DNA of 64,000 bases from a bacterium (GTDB lineage: Bacteria; Electryoneota; Electryoneia; Electryoneales; Electryoneaceae). The stretch spans positions 80,625 through 144,624 of the forward strand of contig JAZDLX010000007.1 in NCBI GenBank assembly GCA_043801585.1, given 5' to 3'. Below are positions 17,927 through 29,200 of the stretch, piece by piece. The notes beneath the pieces were generated by a model. The model searched no databases. It saw only the letters and a list, made by a program, of their open reading frames with translations, and was not told the origin of the DNA. How positions within the stretch are numbered: position 1 is the first letter of the stretch; each line of letters opens with the position of its first letter. A program made the position numbers and the translations under genes.

Positions 17927-18967
17927 ATGAGCCGGCAAGAGACATGGCCAGCCGGAATGGAGATCACACACCAGGGAGAAACCTGCAACCATGCGCTGGT
18001 GATTCAATCGGGAACCGTGCGCCTGTCCCGCCAGGTGGGTGCCAATAAAGTTCCGATCGCTTTGCTGGGTCCAGGTGACATTCTCTCCGCGGAGTGCCTT
18101 TTCAATGACCCTCCGCTGAATTACAATGCGGTCGCAGTCGATGATACAGAGGGAGTTTCGGTAACTCTCGATGACTATCGGGACGCTGTCGAGCAGAATT
18201 CCGAATGGTTGCAGCGAATCATCCGCAACGGAATGGAACGCGAACGTGTCGCTGAACGGCCTGTCCGTTCGAGCCTGTCGACTCTCTATGGAATCGGCAT
18301 TCTCCTCTACACCTTCCTCAGGTTGAAAACGGAAGAAGAGGACTTGATACCACGGATGTCGCTCGCGTCGCTGCTCGATGAACTGATCAACACCCTGCCG
18401 CTTTCCCGAGGATTTATCCATCCGGTGCTGAATGGCCTTTCGCACGTGGGACTTGTGGATCTGAAACTCTCTGACCCTTATTCGCAGTCCATCGAGCTGC
18501 CTAACGAATCCCTGCTGCTGGGATTTCTCAATTTCATTCAGCGTGCTTCGGACATGCACAGCGGATTGTTGACTGGATCGGGGATGCCGATGCCTGCGGA
18601 ACTGTCCGGTCCTACTTCCGATCTGCTTGACCATTTCCTGACGATGCCAGAGTACTCCGAACGCCTGTTCAATCCCAGTCGCGCACTGGTTCATCTTCAA
18701 ATGGATAAGATTCTCGAAAACATTCGTGAAACCCGGGGTGATCAATTTGATCTGGAAAAAGCGTTTTCCGGACTCGAAAAGTGGAGCGTTGTCAAACGGA
18801 TGAAGGATGGAGGCCAGACGTCGGTTTTCCTTGATCTTCGGGCAATGCTTCGGTTGAACATTCTGCGGGATCCTGAGGCCAACTACATCGACATCATCGA
18901 ATTCCTGCTCGGACTTATGTACGAATCCCGTTTTCCCCAACCCCGGTCGGTTCCGAATCAGGTGTAA
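17927..18967 (+). CDS. Hypothetical protein with N-terminal cNMP-binding-like (Crp effector/cupin) segment and unknown C-terminal domain
   Basis: 346 aa. VIQSGTVRL...LLGPGDILSAE resembles a CNB beta-roll. Chosen over the 593-aa minus-strand ORF, which has an R/H/Q-rich antisense composition. Confidence 0.4.
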   Translation: MSRQETWPAGMEITHQGETCNHALVIQSGTVRLSRQVGANKVPIALLGPGDILSAECLFNDPPLNYNAVAVDDTEGVSVTLDDYRDAVEQNSEWLQRIIRNGMERERVAERPVRSSLSTLYGIGILLYTFLRLKTEEEDLIPRMSLASLLDELINTLPLSRGFIHPVLNGLSHVGLVDLKLSDPYSQSIELPNESLLLGFLNFIQRASDMHSGLLTGSGMPMPAELSGPTSDLLDHFLTMPEYSERLFNPSRALVHLQMDKILENIRETRGDQFDLEKAFSGLEKWSVVKRMKDGGQTSVFLDLRAMLRLNILRDPEANYIDIIEFLLGLMYESRFPQPRSVPNQV

Positions 18968-19082
18968 TTTCCTTTCCTACTTGCGTGGTGATGAAGATTC
19001 ATTGCAGGGTTTGAAACAGGGACGTATATTCCGCTTCCCAAAAGGGAACTCGCGACGGCTGATACGCACGGGAGTCTGCCGG

Positions 19083-20489
19083 ATGGCCCTTGAGACGTTG
19101 AAAGAGTACTGCGGTGTGATGGCGGTCTGGAACGCAGAAAATGCGGCAGAACTGGCCTACCACGGCCTGTACTCCCTGCAACACCGCGGTCAGGAATCCG
19201 CGGGCATTGTCAGTACCGACGGTGACCATTTCTACCGGCGTCTCGGAATGGGAACACTCACCCAGGTCTTCGATTCCCCGGAACTGCTCCATGAACTCCA
19301 CGGCAACACCGCCATCGGGCACAATCGCTACTCTACAACAGGTTCCAACTCCCAGTTGAACATCCAGCCGCTTTCCGCGGTGCTCCGTGACGGCCCAGTG
19401 GCAATTGGTCACAACGGGAATCTGGTCAACACGCGAAAACTGCGAAAAGCCCTGCAGGAAGATGGCGCAATCTTCCAGAGCACCACCGACAGCGAGATCC
19501 TGATTCATTTGATGGCCCGGTCCCGTAAGGAAAAACTCCTTGACCGATTCCTTGAGGCGCTGGGGAAGGTCGAAGGTGCGTACTCGCTGGTGATGATGTC
19601 CCGTGACGCCATCTACGCCGTGCGTGACCCTCATGGCTGGCGTCCGCTGGTCATCGGCAAGAAGGGAGATTCCTATGTCGTCGCCTCCGAATCCTGCGCG
19701 TTGGATCTGCTTGGCTATGAACTGATGCGGGACATCAAGCCGGGGGAACTTGTTGTTCTGGACCAGGAGGGGATGCACTCCATTCAGTACGCGAAAGCCG
19801 ACCGGACTCATTTCTGCATTTTCGAACTGATCTACTTTTCCCGTCCCGACAGCCGGACGCTCGGCGACAGTGTTGACAAATTCCGCCGCAAGATGGGCAA
19901 GAACCTTGCGGTGGAGCACCCTGCGGATGTGGACATCGTCATCAGCGTTCCGGACAGTTCAAACACCGCGGCGTTGGGGTTCAGCCAACGAAGCGACGCA
20001 AAATTCGAGATGGGACTGATCCGAAACCACTACATCGGCCGCACCTTCATCCAGCCGACGAATGCCATGCGTGAGATGGGTGTCAAGCTGAAATTCAACC
20101 CGGTCGCTGGTGTACTGAAAGACCGCAGAGTTGTTGTCGTCGAGGACAGCATCGTTCGCGGGACAACCCTCCGGAAGCTCACCGAGCTGATCCGCGGAGC
20201 GGGGGCGAAGGAGGTTCACGTTCGCGTCTCGTGCCCGCCCATCCGGTTTCCCTGCTATTACGGGATGGATTTCCCTTCGCGGGAGGAGCTGATTGCGAAC
20301 AATCACACCATCGAGGAGATTCGCGAGATCATCGATGTCGACTCTCTCGGGTACCTTTCTGTGGAAAAGTTGCTTGAAAGTGTACCGAATGAAAGTGGCC
20401 AGGGATACTGTACCGCATGTTTCACTGGTCACTATCCCATTCCTCCGGACGGGGACGAGGAGACGGGAACGAAGGAGCGTTATTCTTGA
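19083..20489 (+). CDS. purF: Amidophosphoribosyltransferase
   Basis: Ntn-hydrolase N-terminus CGVMAVW, preceded by a 9-aa propeptide (MALETLKEY) when started at ATG 19083. PRTase and 4Fe-4S ligand region present. The longest ORF starts at TTG 18981. Confidence 0.85.
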   Translation: MALETLKEYCGVMAVWNAENAAELAYHGLYSLQHRGQESAGIVSTDGDHFYRRLGMGTLTQVFDSPELLHELHGNTAIGHNRYSTTGSNSQLNIQPLSAVLRDGPVAIGHNGNLVNTRKLRKALQEDGAIFQSTTDSEILIHLMARSRKEKLLDRFLEALGKVEGAYSLVMMSRDAIYAVRDPHGWRPLVIGKKGDSYVVASESCALDLLGYELMRDIKPGELVVLDQEGMHSIQYAKADRTHFCIFELIYFSRPDSRTLGDSVDKFRRKMGKNLAVEHPADVDIVISVPDSSNTAALGFSQRSDAKFEMGLIRNHYIGRTFIQPTNAMREMGVKLKFNPVAGVLKDRRVVVVEDSIVRGTTLRKLTELIRGAGAKEVHVRVSCPPIRFPCYYGMDFPSREELIANNHTIEEIREIIDVDSLGYLSVEKLLESVPNESGQGYCTACFTGHYPIPPDGDEETGTKERYS

Positions 20490-20508
20490 TTATATTTAAA
20501 GATCACTG

Positions 20509-21237
20509 GTGGAACAACGCCCCGGAACCTCGCAGGACCGGGCGTTTTCGTATGAAGGAGTCGTGATGGTAATACGTTTCCGTGATCCGGAAAGACGCAA
20601 AATCAGCCAGGAACAGAAACGGCGCCATGTCCACCATCCAGGGGTGCGGCTGTCCGACCTTCGTCTGTTGCCGAACATCCTGACGCTGTCCCGTCTTCTG
20701 TTCATCCTTCCGGCAGTGCTGATCATCAGCCGCTCGGAGGGGAGCAATCAGGACATTGTGGCGGGGATTCTGCTCATGTGCGGTTTCATCACCGACATGT
20801 TCGACGGGATCATCGCCCGCACCTTCAAAATGACCAGCGACCTGGGAAAAATCCTCGATCCGCTGGTTGACAAGGTTGTTGTTATTTCGACAGCCGCCGC
20901 GCTAACCTTCTCCTCGCACGAACCGCAGTTCCCGATTTGGTTGTTCGGCGCCATCCTTGTGCGGGACGGCATGATTTTTGTCCTCGCAACGCGTGCACTG
21001 CGTGAGGATCATCATCTCTTTGTCAGTTCATGGACGGGGAAAGCCACCACCTTTGCCACGGCCATGACGCTGATGATTTTCCTGTTGGATCAGTACCTGA
21101 TCCCGGAAATCATGATCGTGGCTCCCTGGGTCGTCCTCGGTCTGCTGACGCTTTCGAGCGTTGATTACCTTGAAAGGTACTGGTCAGTGCGCCATAAACG
21201 GTTTCTTTCAGACGATCAAGGTCAGGAAGCGCAATGA
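20509..21237 (+). CDS. pgsA: CDP-alcohol phosphatidyltransferase (PgsA-like)
   Basis: DGxxAR...G...D...D motif (DMFDGIIARTFKMTSDLGKILDPLVDK) and multiple TM helices. The start may be the ATG at 20566. Confidence 0.8.
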   Translation: MEQRPGTSQDRAFSYEGVVMVIRFRDPERRKISQEQKRRHVHHPGVRLSDLRLLPNILTLSRLLFILPAVLIISRSEGSNQDIVAGILLMCGFITDMFDGIIARTFKMTSDLGKILDPLVDKVVVISTAAALTFSSHEPQFPIWLFGAILVRDGMIFVLATRALREDHHLFVSSWTGKATTFATAMTLMIFLLDQYLIPEIMIVAPWVVLGLLTLSSVDYLERYWSVRHKRFLSDDQGQEAQ

Positions 21238-22640
21238 GTTTTACGATCTACGACACCTTTCAGCGGCGGCAGATACCGTTTGAACCGATGACACCCGGTG
21301 TCGTCAAGATGTACAATTGCGGCCCTACCGTCTACAACCTCGCCCACATCGGAAACTACCGTGCTTTCCTCTTTGCCGATCTGTTGCGCCGGTGGCTCGA
21401 GGTCAGCGGGTATGCGGTGGAACAGGTGATGAACATTACCGATGTGGACGATAAAACGATTCAAAAAAGCCGTGAGGAAGGGCTCACGCTGAAACAAGTC
21501 ACGGATCGCTACATCAAGGTTTTCTTCGACGAACTCAAACAGCTGAATATTCTTCCGGCGAAAGTGTATCCCCGCGCCACCGATCATATCGCCGAGATGG
21601 TCGACCTGATCCGGTCTCTCCTTGAAAAAGGGCATGCTTATAAGGGGCCGGACGGTTCCATCTATTTCCGCGTTGAAAGTTATCCAGAGTACGGAAGCCT
21701 GTCGGGAAAACGGCTTGAAGACCTTCGTATCGGCGACCGTGTATCCAGCGACGAATACGAATCCAAGGAAGATGTACGGGATTTTGCGCTCTGGAAAGCC
21801 TGGGACAGGGAAGACGGGGAAGTTGTCTGGGATACTGAAGTCGGCAAAGGGAGACCGGGATGGCATATCGAGTGCTCCGCCATGTCCCGCAAGCATCTCG
21901 GCGAAGAATTCGACATCCACACCGGCGGAGTCGACAACATCTTTCCGCATCATGAGAACGAGATCGCCCAGAGCCGCTGCGCCACCGGCTCGCGGTTTGC
22001 CCATCACTGGATGCATTGCAACTACCTGATCATCGAAGGAAAGAAGATGTCGAAGTCGCTCGGCAACTACTACACCTTCCGGGATCTGATCGATCAGGAG
22101 TGGCGGGCACGGGAAATTCGCTACGTCCTCGTTGCCACTCATTACCGGGCACAGTTGAACTTCACCCTCGAAGGGCTTGGTGCTGCTAGAGCGGCGCTCG
22201 CACGGCTGGATGAGTTCAGGGATTCGTGGAGACCGGCGCGTGAAGATGACGTTTCGGCTGAGATCCGGGAAATCCATGAGCAGGCCAATCGTGGCTTTGA
22301 TGCGGCGATGGACGATGATTTAAACGTCTCCGCCGCCCTCGCGTCGGTGTTTCAACTGGTACGTGAAGTAAACGCTCAAAATACTCTCAATGGACTGACT
22401 TCCGGTGATGTGAAACTCCTTGAAAAAACGTGGGATCGGTGGGACCATGCTCTGGGTGTATTCAAACCGGAGGTGGATAAGGATGAAGATTCCGAGTGGA
22501 TTGAACGGAAGATAGAGGAGAGGCGAATAGCGCGTGAAAGGAAGGATTGGGGTGCCGCCGACCGGATTCGAGATGAACTGCTCTCTCAAGGAATTCAATT
22601 GAAAGATGGAGCTGATGGAACGACCTGGAGACGCACCTGA
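21234..22640 (+). CDS. cysS: Cysteinyl-tRNA synthetase
   Basis: HIGH-type region (NLAHIGNYRAFL), KMSKS motif, zinc-binding Cys in GWHIECSAM. Confidence 0.9.
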   Translation: MSFTIYDTFQRRQIPFEPMTPGVVKMYNCGPTVYNLAHIGNYRAFLFADLLRRWLEVSGYAVEQVMNITDVDDKTIQKSREEGLTLKQVTDRYIKVFFDELKQLNILPAKVYPRATDHIAEMVDLIRSLLEKGHAYKGPDGSIYFRVESYPEYGSLSGKRLEDLRIGDRVSSDEYESKEDVRDFALWKAWDREDGEVVWDTEVGKGRPGWHIECSAMSRKHLGEEFDIHTGGVDNIFPHHENEIAQSRCATGSRFAHHWMHCNYLIIEGKKMSKSLGNYYTFRDLIDQEWRAREIRYVLVATHYRAQLNFTLEGLGAARAALARLDEFRDSWRPAREDDVSAEIREIHEQANRGFDAAMDDDLNVSAALASVFQLVREVNAQNTLNGLTSGDVKLLEKTWDRWDHALGVFKPEVDKDEDSEWIERKIEERRIARERKDWGAADRIRDELLSQGIQLKDGADGTTWRRT

Positions 22641-23623
22641 TGTCCCGCAACGTGTGGTCATCGGGGAGAAAGTCTTTAGCGTTGGCGGCAGGGATCCTGC
22701 TGATGGCAGGGACAAATTCCTTCGCGTTGCAGCCTGCGGTGGGCGACAGCCTGTCCCGCATTCCCGCTGGCGACCTCGACTCCCGGCTGCGAGTTTCCAC
22801 CCCTGATACGGAGATTGCACTTCAGTCGAATGTGATATCCACCGGACCAAAATCTCCCGCCGTTCCGGATTACACCACTCAAACCTTCCGACATCTGCCT
22901 TTTGGAGTCGGGGAACGACTGCGCTATCATCTTAATTTTTCTTTTGTTCAGGCTGGAAGCAGCGAGATGGCGATCGTCTCGATTGACACCTCCACCAGCC
23001 AGCCATCCTTTCACTTTCGCAGCCGGGCGCACAGCACATCGACCATTGACCTTGTTTTCAAAGTCCGCGATCAGGTGGACTCCTGGTTCGATATCAACAG
23101 CCTCTACTCACACCGGTACGAGCGGCGAATCCGGGAGGGTGGTTATAAATCATTGAAATTCTACGATTACGATCATAAAACGGGGTGGGTATCGATCTCA
23201 AATGAGAATGGACCCAAAGGTGCGACCCCCTTCGAACCATTCAGCCACAACATCATCTCCGCCCTGTACTGGGTCCGCACGCAGCCGTTGCAGGCCGGTG
23301 TCGATCTCCATCTGCCCCTGCACGATTTGAACCTGCAATACCCGTTGACCGTCAAGGTGTACGGAAAGGAAAAAGTGAAAGTTCCGGCGGGCGAGTGGAC
23401 CTGCTGGAAAGTTGAACCAGTCATTGAATCCGAGGGATTGTTCGAAATGACCGGGAGGCTGATTGTCTGGCTGACAGATGATGAACTGCGTCTTCCCGTC
23501 AAGATGAGCAGCATGATTTCCGTTGGTTCCATCGAAGGAGTTCTTGTGAACTATCGCCTTGGAAAGGAATACACACCCGAAAACGCCCCAGATTACAACA
23601 AAGAGTTGGATTGGGATTGGTAA
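22640..23623 (+). CDS. Secreted hypothetical protein (DUF3108-like)
   Basis: Signal peptide MSRNVWSSGRKSLALAAGILLMAGTNSFA; beta-rich. Family assignment is tentative. Confidence 0.45.
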   Translation: MSRNVWSSGRKSLALAAGILLMAGTNSFALQPAVGDSLSRIPAGDLDSRLRVSTPDTEIALQSNVISTGPKSPAVPDYTTQTFRHLPFGVGERLRYHLNFSFVQAGSSEMAIVSIDTSTSQPSFHFRSRAHSTSTIDLVFKVRDQVDSWFDINSLYSHRYERRIREGGYKSLKFYDYDHKTGWVSISNENGPKGATPFEPFSHNIISALYWVRTQPLQAGVDLHLPLHDLNLQYPLTVKVYGKEKVKVPAGEWTCWKVEPVIESEGLFEMTGRLIVWLTDDELRLPVKMSSMISVGSIEGVLVNYRLGKEYTPENAPDYNKELDWDW

Positions 23624-23778
23624 AACAAAGAGTTAGCTTTGAGCCCTCGAACTCCGGTGGTACGAGAATCTACCCGTGAACAATCTGTGTACGGTACCTT
23701 GTGGAGCTTATGCGACGTAACCTTTTTCCAACTCCTGCCGTCCCAAGGACGAAGCCAGAAAGGCTTTGGAGGAAGCGC

Positions 23779-25038
23779 ATGATACGGCCAATTGTCACAT
23801 CCCTGATGGTGTTGCTGGCGCTGGAAGCTTCCGCCCTGGCGGGATCCCCTGAAGTGAAGTGGGAAAAGAGGGGAAGCCGATGGGAGGCTGAAGTGACCCA
23901 CAGCCTGCAAGGCGCTTCATTCAAGAAATTGAATGTCAGCGGGTTTACGGGAAATGTCACGGTCACAGGCAACACCAAGGATGCGGAATTGGTCATACGC
24001 TGTGTGATGGAGCGTGGTCTTTCCCGCGAAGAAGCTGAAGAAGTACTTAAGAAAATCCTTCCCCAGGTCAAGATCAGCAGCCGTGAGGTAGAGGTTCAAA
24101 GCTCCCGACGGTATGTGTGGGGCACTCCGGATGCAAACCTGTCACTGAATGCGAGGATTCCGATTGCTACGGACCTGTACCTGAAAGTTTCCGCGGGGGA
24201 CGCGGACGTCAGCAACCTGAAGGGGACGATCAATTGTGTTCTTTCCGGCGGATCGGTCGATCTGTCGAATGTGGAGGGCAATTTGTCCACCGCTGTTTCC
24301 GGTGGCGATCTGACATTCAATGACGTGCGTGGTGAGCTTTCAGCGGCTACGTCCGGTGGGGATATCAAGTTGGAGAAGTATTCCGGCACGGCGGATGTTA
24401 CAACGTCCGGTGGCAATATCTCGATTCGGCGTGTCAAGGGTACGCTGACAGCAACAACTTCAGGCGGCGACATTCAAGCCATCGGCATCAGTGGTGATAA
24501 AGTGATCTTGACGAGTTCGGGCGGTGATCTGGATCTCGAGGACATCGCAGTGACCAGGCATGCGGAACTCGAAACCTCCGGCGGTAGCATTGGCCTCAGG
24601 AATTCTTCCGGCACGATGAGAGTGTCGTCGTCGGGTGGAGATGTTGATCTTCAAAAGCACGAGGGTGAAATCGAGATCAACGCCAACTCCGGGGATGTTG
24701 TGCTGAAGGAAGTACGGGGAAGTGTGACGGCGAATGTGGGAAGCGGAGATATTCAGGTATGGCTGGTTGAAGGGTTGGGATCTTCCGATCGGGTTGAACT
24801 TTGGACCAATGATGGATCTCTGGAATTGCACATTCCGTCCACAATGGGTGCCTACATCGAAGCCTCTGTGGAGATCTACAGCGACAGCGACAAAAGGGAC
24901 CGAATCGAATCCGATTTTCCGTTGAAATACAAGCATGCCAAACGGGGTGAACTGCGTGCATCGGGTGAGATCAACGGCGGTGGTATTCCGATTCTGCTGA
25001 CCGTCGGCAACGGATACATCCGTATCCGATCACAATGA
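23779..25038 (+). CDS. DUF4097-family beta-strand repeat (putative adhesin-like) protein
   Basis: Signal peptide from ATG 23779 (RBS GGAGGAAG). More than 10 tandem about 20-aa repeats containing SGG(D/S)(I/V/L). Confidence 0.6.
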   Translation: MIRPIVTSLMVLLALEASALAGSPEVKWEKRGSRWEAEVTHSLQGASFKKLNVSGFTGNVTVTGNTKDAELVIRCVMERGLSREEAEEVLKKILPQVKISSREVEVQSSRRYVWGTPDANLSLNARIPIATDLYLKVSAGDADVSNLKGTINCVLSGGSVDLSNVEGNLSTAVSGGDLTFNDVRGELSAATSGGDIKLEKYSGTADVTTSGGNISIRRVKGTLTATTSGGDIQAIGISGDKVILTSSGGDLDLEDIAVTRHAELETSGGSIGLRNSSGTMRVSSSGGDVDLQKHEGEIEINANSGDVVLKEVRGSVTANVGSGDIQVWLVEGLGSSDRVELWTNDGSLELHIPSTMGAYIEASVEIYSDSDKRDRIESDFPLKYKHAKRGELRASGEINGGGIPILLTVGNGYIRIRSQ

Positions 25039-25061
25039 TTGAGGGCCGAAGGAGGACGAAG

Positions 25062-25928
25062 ATGAAGAGGTTTCGTGCCGGTGTTCTGCTTGCCGGGATT
25101 CTGTTCACGGGTGCTGTGCTGGCCGCAGGGCCTCTTGAATCCTACGAGAAGAGTGCACCTCTCGAAGACACGAAAGAGTCCGACGTACGGATCAACCTCG
25201 GCCTTGCTCGGATCGATCTACTCGCCGGCGACAAAGATGAGTTGATCAGTATTTCCGGAGAGTACAACCCAGTGGATTCGGATCCCAGACTCCAGGTTGA
25301 CAGGAGAGGGGATCGAACCGTGGTGACGTTCAAGAACCAGAATGATCGGAGATCGTACAGACACGGAAACCGTAATCGCGATTTCAAAAACGAGGATCGT
25401 TATCGGATCAGGCTTAGCACGATTCCACTGACAGATCTTTCGGTTGACGTCGGATTTGGCGAATACGAGTTGAATCTCGATCGGCTTCGACTGGATAACA
25501 TTGAGTTGAACTCGGGATTTTCCGAAATGCGTGTAAGCCTGGATTCACCGAACAAGGAGCGCGCCTCCCGAGTGAGCATCAAGAGCGGCCTCGGCGAGTT
25601 GAAAACCGACCATTTTGGATTTCTTTACTTCGACAGGCTGAAAGTTGAAGGAGGTTTGGGAGACCTGAAGCTTGATCTTCGAGGCTTTGAAGGGGATGGA
25701 GTCGTGGACCTGAACATTGGGCTCGGAAGCTGCCATATCACTGTCCCCGAGGATGTTGATGTCCGAATTTATTATAGTGGTAATTTTTTATCATCCATTG
25801 ATTTAAATGGATTTAACAAGGTCTCACGGACGGAATATGAAAGCAAGGGTTTTGGGAATTCGAAGTCGACGCTTGAAATCGACGCATCCGTGGGTATGGG
25901 AAACCTGACGGTTGAGCGCAGGCGATAG
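25062..25928 (+). CDS. Secreted protein with LiaF-like toast-rack / DUF2154-like C-terminal domain
   Basis: ATG 25062 with RBS AAGGAGG and a signal peptide. Repeated beta-hairpin pattern (GLGELKLD..., VDLNIGLGSCHITVP). Adjacent to, and same orientation as, the DUF4097 gene. Confidence 0.45.
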   Translation: MKRFRAGVLLAGILFTGAVLAAGPLESYEKSAPLEDTKESDVRINLGLARIDLLAGDKDELISISGEYNPVDSDPRLQVDRRGDRTVVTFKNQNDRRSYRHGNRNRDFKNEDRYRIRLSTIPLTDLSVDVGFGEYELNLDRLRLDNIELNSGFSEMRVSLDSPNKERASRVSIKSGLGELKTDHFGFLYFDRLKVEGGLGDLKLDLRGFEGDGVVDLNIGLGSCHITVPEDVDVRIYYSGNFLSSIDLNGFNKVSRTEYESKGFGNSKSTLEIDASVGMGNLTVERRR

Positions 25929-26211
25929 AGCTGGAGTCCCGGAAGAGTTCGATTCGCTTAACAATTCTTGCGCAGGGTGAAGACCCGGGCTATATTTCCC
26001 TGTGCCATCAGGTTGTGATGCCCGGGTAATCGGCCCCCCACGGTTGCACGCAGGTATTGCACGCTATGATGGCACATCGGACCGCCTGGGGAGCGTTCTT
26101 CCTCGGGCGGTTTGGTGTCAAGCCTTTTCATCCCCGATGAACCGACCATTCCAGATTCATTCCACTCGCACCGATGACGGCTGCTGACAAGTCGGTTCGC
26201 TGTCCCGTCAT

Positions 26212-29200
26212 CTACGCTTTCATTTCTTTCTTTCCCGCTATCCTTGTGAAGAAGGCATCGAACAGGGTATAGATCGCGGGAACGACCAGCAGTGTAAGCA
26301 GGGTCGAGGAGGCTAATCCGCCGATGACTACAGCGGAGAGCGGCACCAGTGTTTCGCCACCTGTTCCGAGGCCGAGAGCGATAAACATCATTCCCGCCAT
26401 CGTCGTCAGGGTCGTCATCAGAATGGGGCGCAGTCGGCGCTGACCGGCCTGTATGATCGCTTCGAGTCGCGGCATGTTATCTTCCCGTCGTCCGCGATTG
26501 ATGAAATCGATCAGGAGGATGCCGTTGTTGACGACGATACCGGAGAGCATGATGATCCCCAGGAAGCTGTTGACATTCAATGCACCTTTGAACAGAATCA
26601 GGCCGAGGACGGCGCCGATCAACGCGAGCGGGATGGCGGTGCTGATGACAATGGGTTGCCAGAAACTGTTGAACTGGCTTGCCATCACCACGTAGACGAG
26701 AAAGATCGCCAGCACCAGCGCGATCGCGAGAGACTGGAACGATTCGACGATCGATCGCGACGCACCAGCCTGCTTCCAGCGGTAATCCGCTGGCAACGTG
26801 ATGTGCTGCTGGACGCGAGCCGCAATCGCCCGCACATCCCGCTGACGGTATCCGGGCGCGGCATCACCGGTGACGGCAAGGAACCGTTCCTGGTCGCTTC
26901 GGCGAATTTCCGATGGACCTGGTTTCATCCTGAAATCCGCAACTGCTCGCAACGGGATGACCGTACCCAACGGCGTCTGCAGCGAAAGCTCCCGCAGATC
27001 GGGGAGACTTCGCACCGCTGAGCGGTCCAGCGAAACCTCGACGTCGTACTGGTTTCCGTCAGCGGTGCTGAATTTCGTCACGGCAACGCCGTCCACCGCA
27101 GTGCGCACCAGCGATGCAACTCTGGCGGTCGAAAATCCCCAGTGCGCCGCTTTCTGCCTGTCAACGACAACCTGCACTTCCGGTTTTCCGGCGTCCAGAT
27201 TGCTTGTCAGGTTGATGATGCTCGGATAAGCCCGAAGGCTGTCCTGAATCTCCTCGCTGATCGTGGCCAGGGTGTCCAGGTTTGGCCCGACAACGCGGAC
27301 GTCGATGCCGGAGGATCCCATGCCCGCACCGATGTTCTGCACCTTCACGTCGATCTTCGCATCCGGATAACCCGTCAGGGCCTGGCGCATCTTTGCCATC
27401 ACTGCGTCCAGATCACCTTTTGAGGGAGGAACGCGGCAATCAAACCAGGCAATGTTTGAAATCGGCTGGTTGTAGAACGCGGACAATCCGACGACGCTGT
27501 AGACCTGGTAGATTTCCGGGATCTGCATCAGTTTCTCTTCCATGTCCGAGGCAATGCCCGAGGTCGCATCGAGGGAGGTGCCGATCGGGAGTTTCAGGTT
27601 CACCCGTATTTGCCCCTCGTCGATACGTGGCAGCTCCTCGATGTCAAGCAGGCGAATTCCGGCGATGGGGATGACCAACAGCGAAAAGGCGGCGATCATC
27701 GTCAGCAACGCACGCTTCCAGTTGCTGCTCAGGGCGGTGATTACGGGGCGGTAGATTTTCGCAATCCAGTCGATCATTTTCTGCCACTGACGCGGGAGCA
27801 GGTGGCTGCCGCCATCCACCTTGAGCACTCTCAGGCTAAGTGTGGGAATCACGGTGAATGAAACGATCAGGCTGAAGATCAGCGCTGCGACCACAGTCAA
27901 CGACAGTTCGCCGAGCAGGAAGTAGCTGAGGCCCTTGGTAAATGCCAACGGAAGGAAGACCACCACGCTCGTTGCTATGGAAGCGGTGATCGGAAGGGCG
28001 ACCTCGCTGACGGCGTTGTCGAAAAGATCGGTTTTCGCTTCCAGTGTCATCGAGGAGACGCCGTTCAACCTGCGTTGTCGGTAGAACAGGTTCTCCAGCA
28101 CAACAATGCTCGAATCCACGATCATTCCGACACCGAGCGCCAGCCCACCGAGCGAGATGGTGTTCAAACTGATTCCGAGGGCACCCATGACGAGGAACGT
28201 CGCCAGGATGGACACGGGAATCGAGATCACAATGATGAACGTGTTGCGGATACTGCCCAGGAAGAGGTAGATGAACAGGGATGCAACGAGTGCTCCGAAG
28301 AGAACGTTGGTCGACACGGAACGGATGGTCGAGCGGATGAACGCACTGTCATCCTTGATGACGCGGAACTCGAGATCAGGCCAACTCCGCCGGATACCCT
28401 CCATCTCCGAATTCACTTCGTCAACCATGGCTACCGTGTTGCCATCGGTCGTCTGACGCACGGACAGGGCGAGTGATTCCTGACCGTCGATGTAGGCAAT
28501 CCCCACCCTGTCATCGTCCGTGAACCGCACTGTGGCGATATCCCCGAGCAGAATCGGGGTCTGCCCACGCAGGTTGATGACAACGCTCCGAATATCGTCA
28601 AGAGACTGGAATTTGTTGAAGCTTCGGACAATGAACTGCCGACTGCCCTGTGTCAGCTCTCCCGCGGGAATATTGAGGTTTTCCGACCCAAGCACCTGGG
28701 TGAGCTGGTCCAGAGTGATCCCCAGGTTCAGCATTTTCTCGGGATTCGCTTCGACACGGACAACCTTGTCCCCGCCGCCACGGATATCGATAGCGGCAAC
28801 GTTCGGGAGGCGCAGCAGCCGGTTGACAATGCGATCCTCCAGGATGCGGCGCAGCTCACCCTCGTCGTACCGTTTGGAGGTGACTGCGAGTTCCAACGGT
28901 GCTGGAATCAGCGCATCCAGTGCAAGGACGGAGGTCGGTTGGATGTCACGGGGCAACTCACCGCGAGCACCGTCCAGTTTTTCCCGCAGGTCAATCTTGG
29001 CGCGGTTGACATCGGTTCCCCAGTCGAAACGGACCGTAAGCTGGCTCATCCCCTCGATGGAGAGTGATTCGACCTCGTAGATGTTGCTGACCGTCGAGAC
29101 AACCCGTTCGAGAGGTTTGGTCACCTCTTCCTCGATGTCTTCCGGAGAAACGCCGGGGTAGGGGGTCTGGACGATGAGGAATGGAGGAGTGATGTTCGGC

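Noticed and set aside
17159-18940. 593-aa minus-strand ORF overlapping pgi and the 17927 plus-strand gene
   Set aside because: Its R/H/Q-rich, low-hydrophobic-periodicity composition is typical of antisense ORFs in high-GC DNA. It overlaps a confidently identified pgi on the opposite strand.
21222-22277. 351-aa minus-strand ORF
   Set aside because: Entirely antisense to cysS, which has HIGH and KMSKS motifs. It is a high-GC shadow ORF.
26173-26212. Hairpin GATGACGG-24 nt-CCGTCATC overlapping the RND stop, as an operon terminator
   Set aside because: The loop is large (24 nt), the stem is only 8 bp and no U-tract follows on the minus strand. Too weak to annotate.
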